From: Nemertoderma westbladi
Taxonomy: Eukaryota > Animalia > Xenacoelomorpha
Direction: 5' to 3'
Assembly: GCA_032718475.1 (NCBI GenBank)
Contig: JAUCBJ010007883.1
Coordinates: 1-64,000, forward strand
DNA: 64,000 nucleotides
The position numbers and the translations under genes are program-made. Positions within the stretch are counted from its first letter, which is position 1. Each line of letters begins with the position of its first letter. The notes under the pieces are model-generated. The model made no database searches and was not told the DNA's origin. It saw only the letters and a program-made list of their open reading frames with translations. Positions 13,440 to 25,742 of this stretch are shown piece after piece.

Positions 13440-16400
13440 TTTACTGGAGGCAAAATTAGGTATCCTCTCTCTCGGTTATCTACTATAACTTACTGGAGGC
13501 TAACTAAGGCTCTTCTCTCTCGGCTATCTATCATAACTTACTGGAGGCTAACTAAGGCCCTTCTCTCTCGGCTATCTACTACAACTTACTGGAGGCTAAC
13601 TAAGGCTCTACTCTCTCGGCTTTCTCCCATAACTTACTGGAGGCTAACTAAGGCTCTTCTCTCTCGGCTATCTCCCATAACTTACTGGAGGCTAACTAAG
13701 GCTCTTCTCTCTCGGCTATCTACCATAACTTACTGGAGGGTAACTAAGGCTCTTCTCTCTCGGCTATCTCCCATAACTTACTGGAGGCTAACTAAGGCTC
13801 TTCTCTCTCGGCTATCTACCATAACTTACTGGAGGCTAACTAAGGCTCTTCTCTCTCGGCTATCTCCCATAACTTACTGGAGCCTAACTAAGGCTCTTCT
13901 CTCTCGGCTATCTACCATAACTTACTGGAGGCTAACTAAGGTTCTTCTCTATCGGCTATCTCCCATAACTTACTGAAGTCTAACTAAGGTTCTCCACTCT
14001 CGGCTATCTACCATAACTTACTGGAGGCTAACTAAGGCTCTTCTCTCTCTCTCTCGGCTATCTACCATAACTTACTAGAGGCTAACTAAGGCCCTTCTCT
14101 CTCGGCTATCTACCATAACTTACTGGAGGCTAACTAAGGCCCGTCTCTCTCGGCTATCTACCATAACTTACTGGAGGCTAACTAAGGCTCCTCTCTCTCT
14201 CTCGGCTATCTACCATAACTTACTAGAGGCTAACTAAGGCCCTTATCTCTCGGCTATCTACCATAACTTACTGGAGGCTAACTGAGGCCCTTCTCTCTCG
14301 GCTATCTACCATAACTTACTGGAGGCTAACTAAGGCTCTTCTCTCTCCGCTATCTACTATAACTTACTGGAGGCTAACTAAGGCTCTTCTCTCTCGGCTA
14401 TCTACCATAACTTACTGGAGGCTAACTAAGGCTCTTCTCTCTCGGCTATCTACCATAACTTACTGGAGGCTAACTAAGGCTCCTCTCTCTCCCTCGGCTA
14501 TCTACCATAACTTACTAGAGGCTAACTAAGGCCCTTCTCTCTCGGCTATCTACCATAACTTACTGGAGGCTAACTAAGGCCCTTCTCTCTCGGCTATCTA
14601 CCATAACTTACTGGAGGCTAACTAAGGCTCCTCTCTCTCTCTCTCGGCTATCTACCATAACTTACTAGTGGCTAACTAAGGCCCTTCTCTCTCGGCTATC
14701 TACCATAACTTACTGGAGGCTAACTGAGGCCCTTCTCTCTCGGCTATCTACCATAACTTACTGGAGGCTAACTAAGGCTCTTCTCTCTCCGCTATCTACT
14801 ATAACTTACTGGAGGCTAACTAAGGCTCTTCTCTCTCGGCTATCTACCATAACTTACTGGAGGCTAACTAAGGCTCTTCTCTCTCCGCTATCTACTACAA
14901 CTTCCTGGAGGATAACTAAGGTTCTCCTCTCTCGGCTATCTACCATAACTTACTAGAGGCTAACTAAGGCCCTTCTCTCTCGGCTATATACCATAACTTA
15001 CTGGAGGCTAACTAAGGCTCATCTCTCTCGGCTATCTACTATAAATTACTGGAGGCTAACTAAGACTCTTCTCTCTCTCGGCTATCTACCATAACTTACT
15101 AGAGTCTAACTAAGGCCCTTCTCTCTCGGCTATCTACCATAACTTACTGGAGGCTAACTAAGGCCCTTCTCTCTCGGCTATCTACCATAACTTACTGGAG
15201 GCTAACTAAGGCTCATCTCTCTTGGCTATCTACTATAACTTACTGGAGGCTAACTAAGACTCTTATCTCTCTCTTGGCTATCTACTATAACTTACTGGAG
15301 GCTAACTAAGACTCTTATCTCTCTCTCGGCTATCTACCATAACTTACTAGAGGCTAACTAAGGTTCTTCTCTCTCGGCTATCTACCATAACTTACTGGAG
15401 GCTAACTAAGGCTCATCTCTCTCGGCTATCTACCATAACTTACTGGAGGCTAACTAAGGCCCTTCTCTCTCGGCTATCTACCATAACTTACTGGAGGCTA
15501 ACTAAGGCCCGCCTCTCTCGGCTATCTACCATAACTTACTGGAGGCTAACTAAGGCTCCTCTCTCTCTCTCGGCTATCTACCATAACTTACTAGAGGCTA
15601 ACTAAGGCCCTTCTCTCTCGGCTATCTACCATAACTTACTGGAGGCTAACTGAGGCCCTTCTCTCTCGGCTATCTACCATAACTTACTGGAGGCTAACTA
15701 AGGCCCTTCTCTCTCGGCTATCTACCATAACTTACTGGAGGCTAACTAAGGCCCTTCTCTCTCGGCTATCTACTATAACTTACTGGAGGCTAACTAAGGC
15801 TCTTCTCTCTCGGCTATCTACCATAACTTACTGGAGGCTAACTAAGGCTCTTCTCTCTCCGCTATCTACTATAACTTACTGGAGGATAACTAAGGTTCTC
15901 CTCTCTCGGCTATCTACCATAACTTACGAGAGGCTAACTAAGGCCCTTCTCTCTCGGCTATCTACCATAACTTACTGGAGGCTAACTAAGGCTCATCTCT
16001 CTCGGCTATCTACTATAAATTACTGGAGGCTAACTAAGACTCTTCTCTCTCTCTCGGCTATCTACCATAACTTACTAGAGTCTAACTAAGGCCCTTCTCT
16101 CTCGGCTATCTACCATAACTTACTGGAGGCTAACTAAGGCCCTTCTCTCTCGGCTATCTACCATAACTTACTGGAGGCTAACCAAGGCTCATCTCTCTTG
16201 GCTATCTACTATAACTTACTGGAGGCTAACTAAGACTCTTCTCTCTCTCTCGGCTATCTACCATAACTTACTGGAGGCTAACTAAGGCCCTTCTCTCTCG
16301 GCTATCTACCATAACTTACTGGAGGCTAACTAAGGCCCGCCTCTCTCGGCTATCTACCATAACTTACTGGAGGCTAACTAAGGCTCCTCTCTCTCTCTCG

Positions 16401-19400
16401 GCTATCTACCATAACTTACTAGAGGCTAACTAAGGCCCTTCTCTCTCGGCTATCTACCATAACTTACTGGAGGCTAACTGAGGCCCTTCTCTCTCGGCTA
16501 TCTACCATAACTTACTGGAGGCTAACTAAGGCCCTTCTCTCTCGGCTATCTACCATAACTTACTGGAGGCTAACTAAGGCCCTTCTCTCTCGGCTATCTA
16601 CTATAACTTACTGGAGGCTAACTAAGGCTCTTCTCTCTCGGCTATCTACCATAACTTACTGGAGGCTAACTAAGGCTCTTCTCTCTCCGCTATCTACTAT
16701 AACTTACTGGAGGATAACTAAGGTTCTCCTCTCTCGGCTATCTACCATAACTTACGAGAGGCTAACTAAGGCCCTTCTCTCTCGGCTATCTACCATAACT
16801 TACTGGAGGCTAACTAAGGCTCATCTCTCTCGGCTATCTACTATAAATTACTGGAGGCTAACTAAGACTCTTCTCTCTCTCTCGGCTATCTACCATAACT
16901 TACTAGAGTCTAACTAAGGCCCTTCTCTCTCGGCTATCTACCATAACTTACTGGAGGCTAACTAAGGCCCTTCTCTCTCGGCTATCTACCATAACTTACT
17001 GGAGGCTAACCAAGGCTCATCTCTCTTGGCTATCTACTATAACTTACTGGAGGCTAACTAAGACTCTTCTCTCTCTCTCGGCTATCTACCATAACTTACT
17101 AGAGGCTAACTAAGGCCCTTATCTCTCGGCTATCTACCATAACTTACTGGAGGCTAACTGAGGCCCTTCTCTCTCGGCTATCTACCATAACTTACTGGAG
17201 GCTAACTAAGGCTCTTCTCTCTCCGCTATCTACTATAACTTACTGGAGGCTAACTAAGGCTCTTCTCTCTCGGCTATCTACCATAACTTACTGGAGGCTA
17301 ACTAAGGCTCTTCTCTCTCGGCTATCTACCATAACTTACTGGAGGCTAACTAAGGCTCCTCTCTCTCCCTCGGCTATCTACCATAACTTACTAGAGGCTA
17401 ACTAAGGCCCTTCTCTCTCGGCTATCTACCATAACTTACTGGAGGCTAACTAAGGCCCTTCTCTCTCGGCTATCTACCATAACTTACTGGAGGCTAACTA
17501 AGGCTCCTCTCTCTCTCTCTCGGCTATCTACCATAACTTACTAGTGGCTAACTAAGGCCCTTCTCTCTCGGCTATCTACCATAACTTACTGGAGGCTAAC
17601 TGAGGCCCTTCTCTCTCGGCTATCTACCATAACTTACTGGAGGCTAACTAAGGCTCTTCTCTCTCCGCTATCTACTATAACTTACTGGAGGCTAACTAAG
17701 GCTCTTCTCTCTCGGCTATCTACCATAACTTACTGGAGGCTAACTAAGGCTCTTCTCTCTCCGCTATCTACTACAACTTCCTGGAGGATAACTAAGGTTC
17801 TCCTCTCTCGGCTATCTACCATAACTTACTAGAGGCTAACTAAGGCCCTTCTCTCTCGGCTATATACCATAACTTACTGGAGGCTAACTAAGGCTCATCT
17901 CTCTCGGCTATCTACTATAAATTACTGGAGGCTAACTAAGACTCTTCTCTCTCTCGGCTATCTACCATAACTTACTAGAGTCTAACTAAGGCCCTTCTCT
18001 CTCGGCTATCTACCATAACTTACTGGAGGCTAACTAAGGCCCTTCTCTCTCGGCTATCTACCATAACTTACTGGAGGCTAACTAAGGCTCATCTCTCTTG
18101 GCTATCTACTATAACTTACTGGAGGCTAACTAAGACTCTTATCTCTCTCTTGGCTATCTACTATAACTTACTGGAGGCTAACTAAGACTCTTATCTCTCT
18201 CTCGGCTATCTACCATAACTTACTAGAGGCTAACTAAGGTTCTTCTCTCTCGGCTATCTACCATAACTTACTGGAGGCTAACTAAGGCTCATCTCTCTCG
18301 GCTATCTACCATAACTTACTGGAGGCTAACTAAGGCCCTTCTCTCTCGGCTATCTACCATAACTTACTGGAGGCTAACTAAGGCCCGCCTCTCTCGGCTA
18401 TCTACCATAACTTACTGGAGGCTAACTAAGGCTCCTCTCTCTCTCTCGGCTATCTACCATAACTTACTAGAGGCTAACTAAGGCCCTTCTCTCTCGGCTA
18501 TCTACCATAACTTACTGGAGGCTAACTGAGGCCCTTCTCTCTCGGCTATCTACCATAACTTACTGGAGGCTAACTAAGGCCCTTCTCTCTCGGCTATCTA
18601 CCATAACTTACTGGAGGCTAACTAAGGCCCTTCTCTCTCGGCTATCTACTATAACTTACTGGAGGCTAACTAAGGCTCTTCTCTCTCGGCTATCTACCAT
18701 AACTTACTGGAGGCTAACTAAGGCTCTTCTCTCTCCGCTATCTACTATAACTTACTGGAGGATAACTAAGGTTCTCCTCTCTCGGCTATCTACCATAACT
18801 TACGAGAGGCTAACTAAGGCCCTTCTCTCTCGGCTATCTACCATAACTTACTGGAGGCTAACTAAGGCTCATCTCTCTCGGCTATCTACTATAAATTACT
18901 GGAGGCTAACTAAGACTCTTCTCTCTCTCTCGGCTATCTACCATAACTTACTAGAGTCTAACTAAGGCCCTTCTCTCTCGGCTATCTACCATAACTTACT
19001 GGAGGCTAACTAAGGCCCTTCTCTCTCGGCTATCTACCATAACTTACTGGAGGCTAACCAAGGCTCATCTCTCTTGGCTATCTACTATAACTTACTGGAG
19101 GCTAACTAAGACTCTTCTCTCTCTCTCGGCTATCTACCATAACTTACTAGAGGCTAACTAATGCCCTTCTCTCTCGGCTATCTACCATAACTTACTGGAG
19201 GCTAACTAAGGCCCTTCTCTCTCGGCTATCTACCATAACTTACTGGAGGCTAACTAAGGCCCTTCTCTCTCGGCTATCTACCATAACTTACTAGAGTCTA
19301 ACTAAGGCCCTTCTCTCTCGGCTATCTACCATAACTTACTGGAGGCTAACTAAGGCCCTTCTCTCTCGGCTATCTCCCATAACTTACTGGAGGCTAACTA

Positions 19401-22400
19401 AGGCCCTTCTCTCTCGGCTATCTACCATAACTTACTAGAGGCTAACTAAGGCCCTTCTCTCTCGGCTATCTACCATAACTTACTGGAGGCTAACTAAGGC
19501 CCTTCTCTCTCGGCTATCTACCATAACTTACTGGAGGCTAACTAAGGCCCTTCTCTCTCGGCTATCTACCATAACTTACTAGAGTCTAACTAAGGCCCTT
19601 CTCTCTCGGCTATCTACCATAACTTACTGGAGGCTAACTAAGGCCCTTCTCTCTCGGCTATCTCCCATAACTTACTGGAGGCTAACTAAGGCCCTTCTCT
19701 CTCGGCTATCTACCATAACTTAGTAGAGTCTAACTAAGGCCCTTCTCTCTCGGCTATCTACCATAACTTACTGGAGGCTAACTAAGGCCCTTCTCTCTCG
19801 GCTATCTACCATAACTTACTGGAGGCTAACTAAGGCCCTTCTCTCTCGGCTATCTACCATAACTTACTGGAGGCTAACTAAGGCCCTTCTCTCTCGGCTA
19901 TCTACCATAACTTACTGGAGGCTAACTAAGGCTCATCTCTCTCGGCTATCTACTATAACTTGCTGGAGGCTAACTAAGACTCTTATCTCTCTCTCGGCTA
20001 TCTACCATAACTTACTAGAGGCTAACTAAGGTTCTTCTCTCTCGGCTATCTACCAAAACTTACTGGAGGCTAACTAAGGCTCTTCTCTCTTGGCTATCTA
20101 CCATAACTTACTGGAGGCTAACTAAGGCTCATCTCTCTCGGCTATCTACTATAACTTACTGGAGGCTAACTAAGACTCTTATCTCTCTCTCGGCTATCTA
20201 CCATAACTTACTGAAGGATAACTAAGGTTCTTCTCTCTCGGCTATCTACCATAACGTACTGGAGGCTAACTAAGGCTCATCTCTCTCGGCTATCTACCAT
20301 AACTTACTGGAGGCTAACTAAGGCTCATCTCTCTCGGCTATCTACCATAACTTACTGGAGGCTAACTAAGGCCCTTCTCTCTCGGCTATCTACCATAACT
20401 TACTGGAGGCTAACTAAGGCCCGCCTCTCTCGGCTATCTACCATAACTTACTGGAGGCTAACTAAGGCTCCTCTCTCTCTCTCGGCTATCTACCATAACT
20501 TACTAGAGGCTAACTAAGGCCCTTCTCTCTCGGCTATCTACCATAACTTACTGGAGGCTAACTGAGGCCCTTCTCTCTCGGCTATCTACCATAACTTACT
20601 GGAGGCTAACTAAGGCCCGCCTCTCTCGGCTATCTACCATAACTTACTGGAGGCTAACTAAGGCTCCTCTCTCTCTCTCGGCTATCTACCATAACTTACT
20701 AGAGGCTAACTAAGGCCCTTCTCTCTCGGCTATCTATCACAACTTAATAGAGGCTAACTAAGACTCTTCACTCTCTCTTGGTTATCTACCACATCTTACT
20801 GGAAGCTAACTAAGACTCCTCTCAGCTATCTAGCATAACTTCCTGGAAGCTAACTAAGGTTCCTCTCTCTCGGCTATCTATCATAACTTAATAGAGGCTA
20901 ACTAAGACTCTTCACTCTCTCTTGGTTATCTACCATATCTTACTGGAAGCTAACTAAGACTCCTCTCAGCTATCTAGCATAACTTCCTGGAAGCTAACTA
21001 AGGTTCCTCTCTCTCGGCTATCTACCATAACGTACTGGAGGCTAACTAAGGCTCATCTCTCTCGGCTATCTACCATAACTTACTGAAGCCTAACTAAGAT
21101 TCTTCTCTCTCGGCTATCTACCATAACTTACTGGAGGCTAACTAAGGTTCTTCTCTCTCGGCTATCTATCATAACTTAATAGAGGCTAACTAAGACTCTC
21201 CACTCTCTCTTGGTTATCTACCATATCTTACTGGAAGCTAACTAAGACTCCTCTCAGCTATCTAGCATAACTTACTGGAAGCTAACTAAGGTTCCTCTCT
21301 CTCGGCTATCTACCATAACGTACTGGAGGCTAACTAAGGCTCTTCTCTCTCTCTTGGTTATCTACCATATCTTACTGGAAGCTAACTAAGACTCCTCTCA
21401 GCTATCTAGCATAACTTACTGGAAGCTAACTAAGGTTCCTCTCTCTCGGCTATCTACTATAACTTACTGGAGGCTAACTAAGACTCTTCACTCTCTCTTG
21501 GTTATCTACCATATCTTACTGGAAGCTAACTAAGACTCCTCTCAGCTATCTAGCATAACTTACTGGAAGCTAACTAAGGTTCCTCTCTCTCGGCTATCTA
21601 CTATAACTTACTGGAGGCTAACTAAGACTCTTCACTCTCTCTTGGTTATCTACCATATCTTACTGGAAGCTAACTAAGACTCCTCTCAGCTATCTAGCAT
21701 AACTTACTGGAAGCTAACTAAGGTTCCTCTCTCTCGGCTATCTACTATAACTTACTGGAGGCTAACTAAGACTCTTCACTCTCTCTTGGTTATCTACCAT
21801 ATCTTACTGGAAGCTAACTAAGACTCCTCTCAGCTATCTAGCATAACTTACTGGAAGCTAACTAAGGTTCCTCTCTCTCCGCTATCTACTATAACTTACT
21901 GGAGGCTAACTAAGGCTCTTCTCTCTCGGCTATCTACCATAACTTACTGGAGGCTAACTAAGACTCATCTATCTCGGCTATCTACCATAACTTACTGGAG
22001 GCTAACTAAGGCCCTTCTCTCTCGGCTATCTACCATAACTTACTGGAGGCTAACTAAGGCTCTTTTCTCTCGGCTATCCACCATAACTTACTGGAGGATA
22101 ACTAAGGCTCTTCTCTCTCGGCTATCTACCATAACTTACTGGAGGCTAACTAAGGCTCTTCTCTCTCGGCTATCTACCATAACTTACTGGAGGCTAACTA
22201 AGGCTCTTTTCTCTCGGCTATCCACCATAACTTACTGGAGGATAACTAAGGCTCTTCTCTCTCCGCTATCTACTTTAACTTACTAGAGGCTAACTAAGAC
22301 TCTTCTCTCTCGGCTATCTACCATAACTTACTGGAGGCTAACTAAGGCTCTTCTCTCTCGTCTATCTACCATAACTTACTGGAGGCTAACTAAGGCTCTT

Positions 22401-23880
22401 CTCTCTCGTCTATCTACCATAACTTACTGGAGGCTAACTAAGGCCCTTCTCTCTCGGCTATCCACCATAACCTACCGGAGGCTAACTAAGACTCATCTCT
22501 CTCGGCTATCTACCATAACTTACTGGAGGCTAACTAAGGCTCCTCTCTCACTTGGTTATCTACCATAACTTACTGAAGACTAACTAAGGCTCTTCTCTCT
22601 TTCTTTTTCTTATAACTTACTGCAGGCTAACTAAGGCTCTTCTCTCTCGGTTATCTACCATAACTTACTGAAGGCTAACTAAGGCTCTTCTCTCTCGGTT
22701 ATCTACCATAACTTACTGAAGGCTAACTAAGGCTCTTCTCTCTCGGTTATCTACCATAACTTACTGAAGGCTAACTAAGGCTCTTCTCTCTCGGCTATCT
22801 ACCATAACTTACTGGAGGCTAACTAAGGCCTTCTCTCTCGGCCATCTACCATAACTTACTGAAGGCTAACTAAGGCTCTTCTCTCTCGGTTATCTACCAT
22901 AACTTACTGAAGGCTAACTAAGGCTCTTCTCTCTCGGTTATCTACCATAACTTACTGAAGGCTAACTAAGGCTCTTCTCTCTCGGCTATCTACCATAACT
23001 TACTGGAGGCTAACTAAGGCTCTTCTCTCTCGGTTATCTACCATAACTTACTGAAGGCTAACTAAGGCTCTTCTCTCTTTCTTTTTCTTATAACTTACTG
23101 CAGGCTAACTAAGGCTCTTCTCTCTCGGTTATCTACCATAACTTACTGAAGGCTAACTAAGGCTCTTCTCTCTCGGTTATCTACCATAACTTACTGAAGG
23201 CTAACTAAGGCTCTTCTCTCTCGGCTATCTACCATAACTTACTGGAGGCTAACTAAGGCTCTTCTCTCTTTCTTTTTCTTATAACTTACTGCAGGCTAAC
23301 TAAGGCTCTTCTCTCTCGGTTATCTACCATAACTTACTGAAGGCTAACTAAGGCTCTTCTCTCTCGGTTATCTACCATAACTTACTGAAGGCTAACTAAG
23401 GCTCTTCTCTCTCGGTTATCTACCATAACTTACTGAAGGCTAACTAAGGCTCTTCTCTCTCGGCTATCTACCATAACTTACTGGAGGCTAACTAAGGCCT
23501 TCTCTCTCGGCCATCTACCATAACTTACTGAAGGCTAACTAAGGCTCTTCTCTCTCGGTTATCTACCATAACTTACTGAAGGCTAACTAAGGCTCTTCTC
23601 TCTCGGTTATCTACCATAACTTACTGAAGGCTAACTAAGGCTCTTCTCTCTCGGTTATCTACCATAACTTACTGAAGGCTAACTAAGGCTCTTCTCTCTC
23701 GGCTATCTACCATAACTTACTGGAGGCTAACTAAGGCTCTTCTCTCTCGGTTATCTACTATGACTTACTGAAGGCTAACTAAGGCTCTTCTCTCTCGGCT
23801 ATCTACCATAACTTACTGGAGGCTAACTAAGGCTCTTCTCTCTCGGTTATCTACTATGACTTACTGGAGGCTAACTAAGG
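13440..23880 (+). repeat. 48-bp satellite, ~215 copies, with higher-order blocks, inside ACER intron 3
   Basis: Monomer ataacttactggaggctaactaaggcccttctctctcggctatctacc with a variable (CT)n tract. Variant patterns recur at offsets of ~828 and ~2876 bp. Confidence 0.98.
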
Positions 23881-24005
23881 GACCTCAGCTCACATATTCA
23901 ACCCCCCCCCCCCCCCCCCCACCCATTGTACCACTGGGTTTGCATAAGCTATAATGTGACGAAACAGTACATAAGTAATACGCAATATATTTAAAAATTT
24001 CTTAC

Positions 24006-24110
24006 CTTTTCCGAAGACGTTTCGGTTTTACCTCGTCTGGAATGTAAAGATATATGATGGCCATAAAAACCCACAATATACCGAGTTCATCTAACAACTG
24101 TCCAAGGTGA
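24006..24110 (-). CDS. ACER2: Alkaline ceramidase exon 3
   Basis: AG at 24111-24112 and GTAAG at 24005-24001. Reads (S)HLGQLLDELGILWVFMAII..., matching the ACER1/2 GQxLDELxILW motif. Confidence 0.92.
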
Positions 24111-24347
24111 CTGAAATAAATATATATATTCACATGAATGTTTATTGTTTTGGTTACAATTATAAATCGAATAATTGTTAATGGAAACTATCCCAATATC
24201 TTTATTATTATACTTGCGATTTAATAATGTTGTTAATTTTCACTTGAAACGAGGTAAGATTTAATGCGATCCGGTTAAATGTATTTGATTAATTATTTAA
24301 TTAATAACTTACAATAAAATATATTAATATTAACGATAACTATTGAG

Positions 24348-24617
24348 TACGGTGGCTGAAAGCTACGGTGGCTGAAAGCGGCCAAAATAATTCACTACTT
24401 TTTTAATTTTTAATTTGGTCAACATTTTTTTCTTGAATTTCAACCCGGGTTGAAATTAATTTCAACCCGGGTTGAAATTAATATCAACCCGGGTTGATAT
24501 TAATTTCAACCCGGGTTGATATTAATTTCAACCCGGGTTGAAATTCAAGAAAAAAATGTTGATCAAATTAAAAATTAAAAAAGTAGTGAATTATTTTGGC
24601 CGCTTTCAGCCACCGTA
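24348..24617. mobile_element. Palindromic MITE with TACGG...CCGTA termini and 6-bp TSD (IS3EU-like), in ACER intron 2
   Basis: TIR tacggtggctgaaagcggccaaaataattcact at both ends, with the left 16 bp duplicated. ATTGAG flanks both sides (24342-47, 24618-23). The core is five copies of the 22-bp palindrome aatttcaacccgggttgaaatt. Confidence 0.85.
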
Positions 24618-24672
24618 ATTGAGTAATTCAAATAATTAGGTAAGGAAAACCTACTATAACGCAGCTTCTTAC

Positions 24673-24824
24673 CTAAGGGTAGCGTGGAACAGTATACTTC
24701 CGAAAGCGACCACGAAACCAAGGAATAATGTCAATAGCGTCGACCAATCACCGAATAGTTGGAGAAACCTCCAATTTAAATAGAACATAAATGGTGGGAG
24801 AGCAGCAAACACAGTGCTGCTAAT
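24673..24824 (-). CDS. ACER2: Alkaline ceramidase exon 2
   Basis: AG at 24825-26 and GTAAG donor at 24672. Reads ISSTVFAALPP...GSILFHATL(S), containing the SxxxH motif. Confidence 0.92.
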
Positions 24825-25246
24825 CTAAAAAGTAGTAATAAACGAGATTCAAACAAACTTCATGGACTTGGACTACTACAGTAGGCCTACAGTATATATG
24901 TACATTAAATAATAAAAACGTATCCAGTCACTAAGGCTCTTGCTCACTGCACTGATGTAGCTCACCAATTTAAGGGCGCAAATTGACCATCAAACTCAAT
25001 CTTGAGTTTTAATGGGTTTAAAAATTAATTTAATTTAAAGCATAAATGGAAAGGAACAGTTATACATTTATAATGGATTCTAACAAAAACAATCACTAAA
25101 TTACTTTTCATAAGCTAACAATTTGCACTGGGGATAAACTTCTTTCACTTGCTGCGGTCAATATGCGCCACTATCTGGGCTCACCAACCTGTTGTCTCTA
25201 ATTTATAGTACTTTAATACTGGAATGCCTAATAATGTAATAATTAC

Positions 25247-25345
25247 CGTATTGTAGAATTCCGCAATATATGGATGGTAGTCATAGTTTGGTTCGCACCA
25301 ATCTATAGCAGACGTCTCGTATTTATACCACTCCGGTAGTCTCAT
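25247..25345 (-). CDS. ACER2: Alkaline ceramidase exon 1
   Basis: MRLPEWYKYETSAIDWCEPNYDYHPYIAEFYNT followed by GTAATT. DWCExNY...AEFYNT is the diagnostic alkaline ceramidase N-terminus. The spliced CDS is 849 nt (282 aa) and open throughout. Confidence 0.93.
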
Positions 25346-25742
25346 TGCTTCTTATTAAAATACAACAAAATAAAATACTGTGACTTACAGATTAGTAGCT
25401 GATATTAGAATAAACTTGAGAATCTAAGAAATAATGTTGATATAAATACTGTACAGTATTATATTGCAATATGGTAATATACAAATTAGAACATTATACC
25501 GGCATATATTGTAACGACTGCCATATGCTACATACAGTACACACAGTTGATAATCTCCAATATTCTAACCCAGCAGAACTAAAGCACCTGTTTACGTAAA
25601 TAATTAAGATAACAGAAAATGTTTGTTGCTTTGTGCTTTTTGAATGCCTATGGTTGGTCTTATTGGTACGGTAAGCCCGGTAAGGTACTGCATAATAATA
25701 ATTATACAAAATATGTAGTAATATATTTATTTATTATATGTT

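Noticed and set aside
2913-23880. CRISPR array interpretation of the regular repeats
   Set aside because: Units are contiguous with no unique spacers, there are no cas genes, and the context is eukaryotic and intronic.
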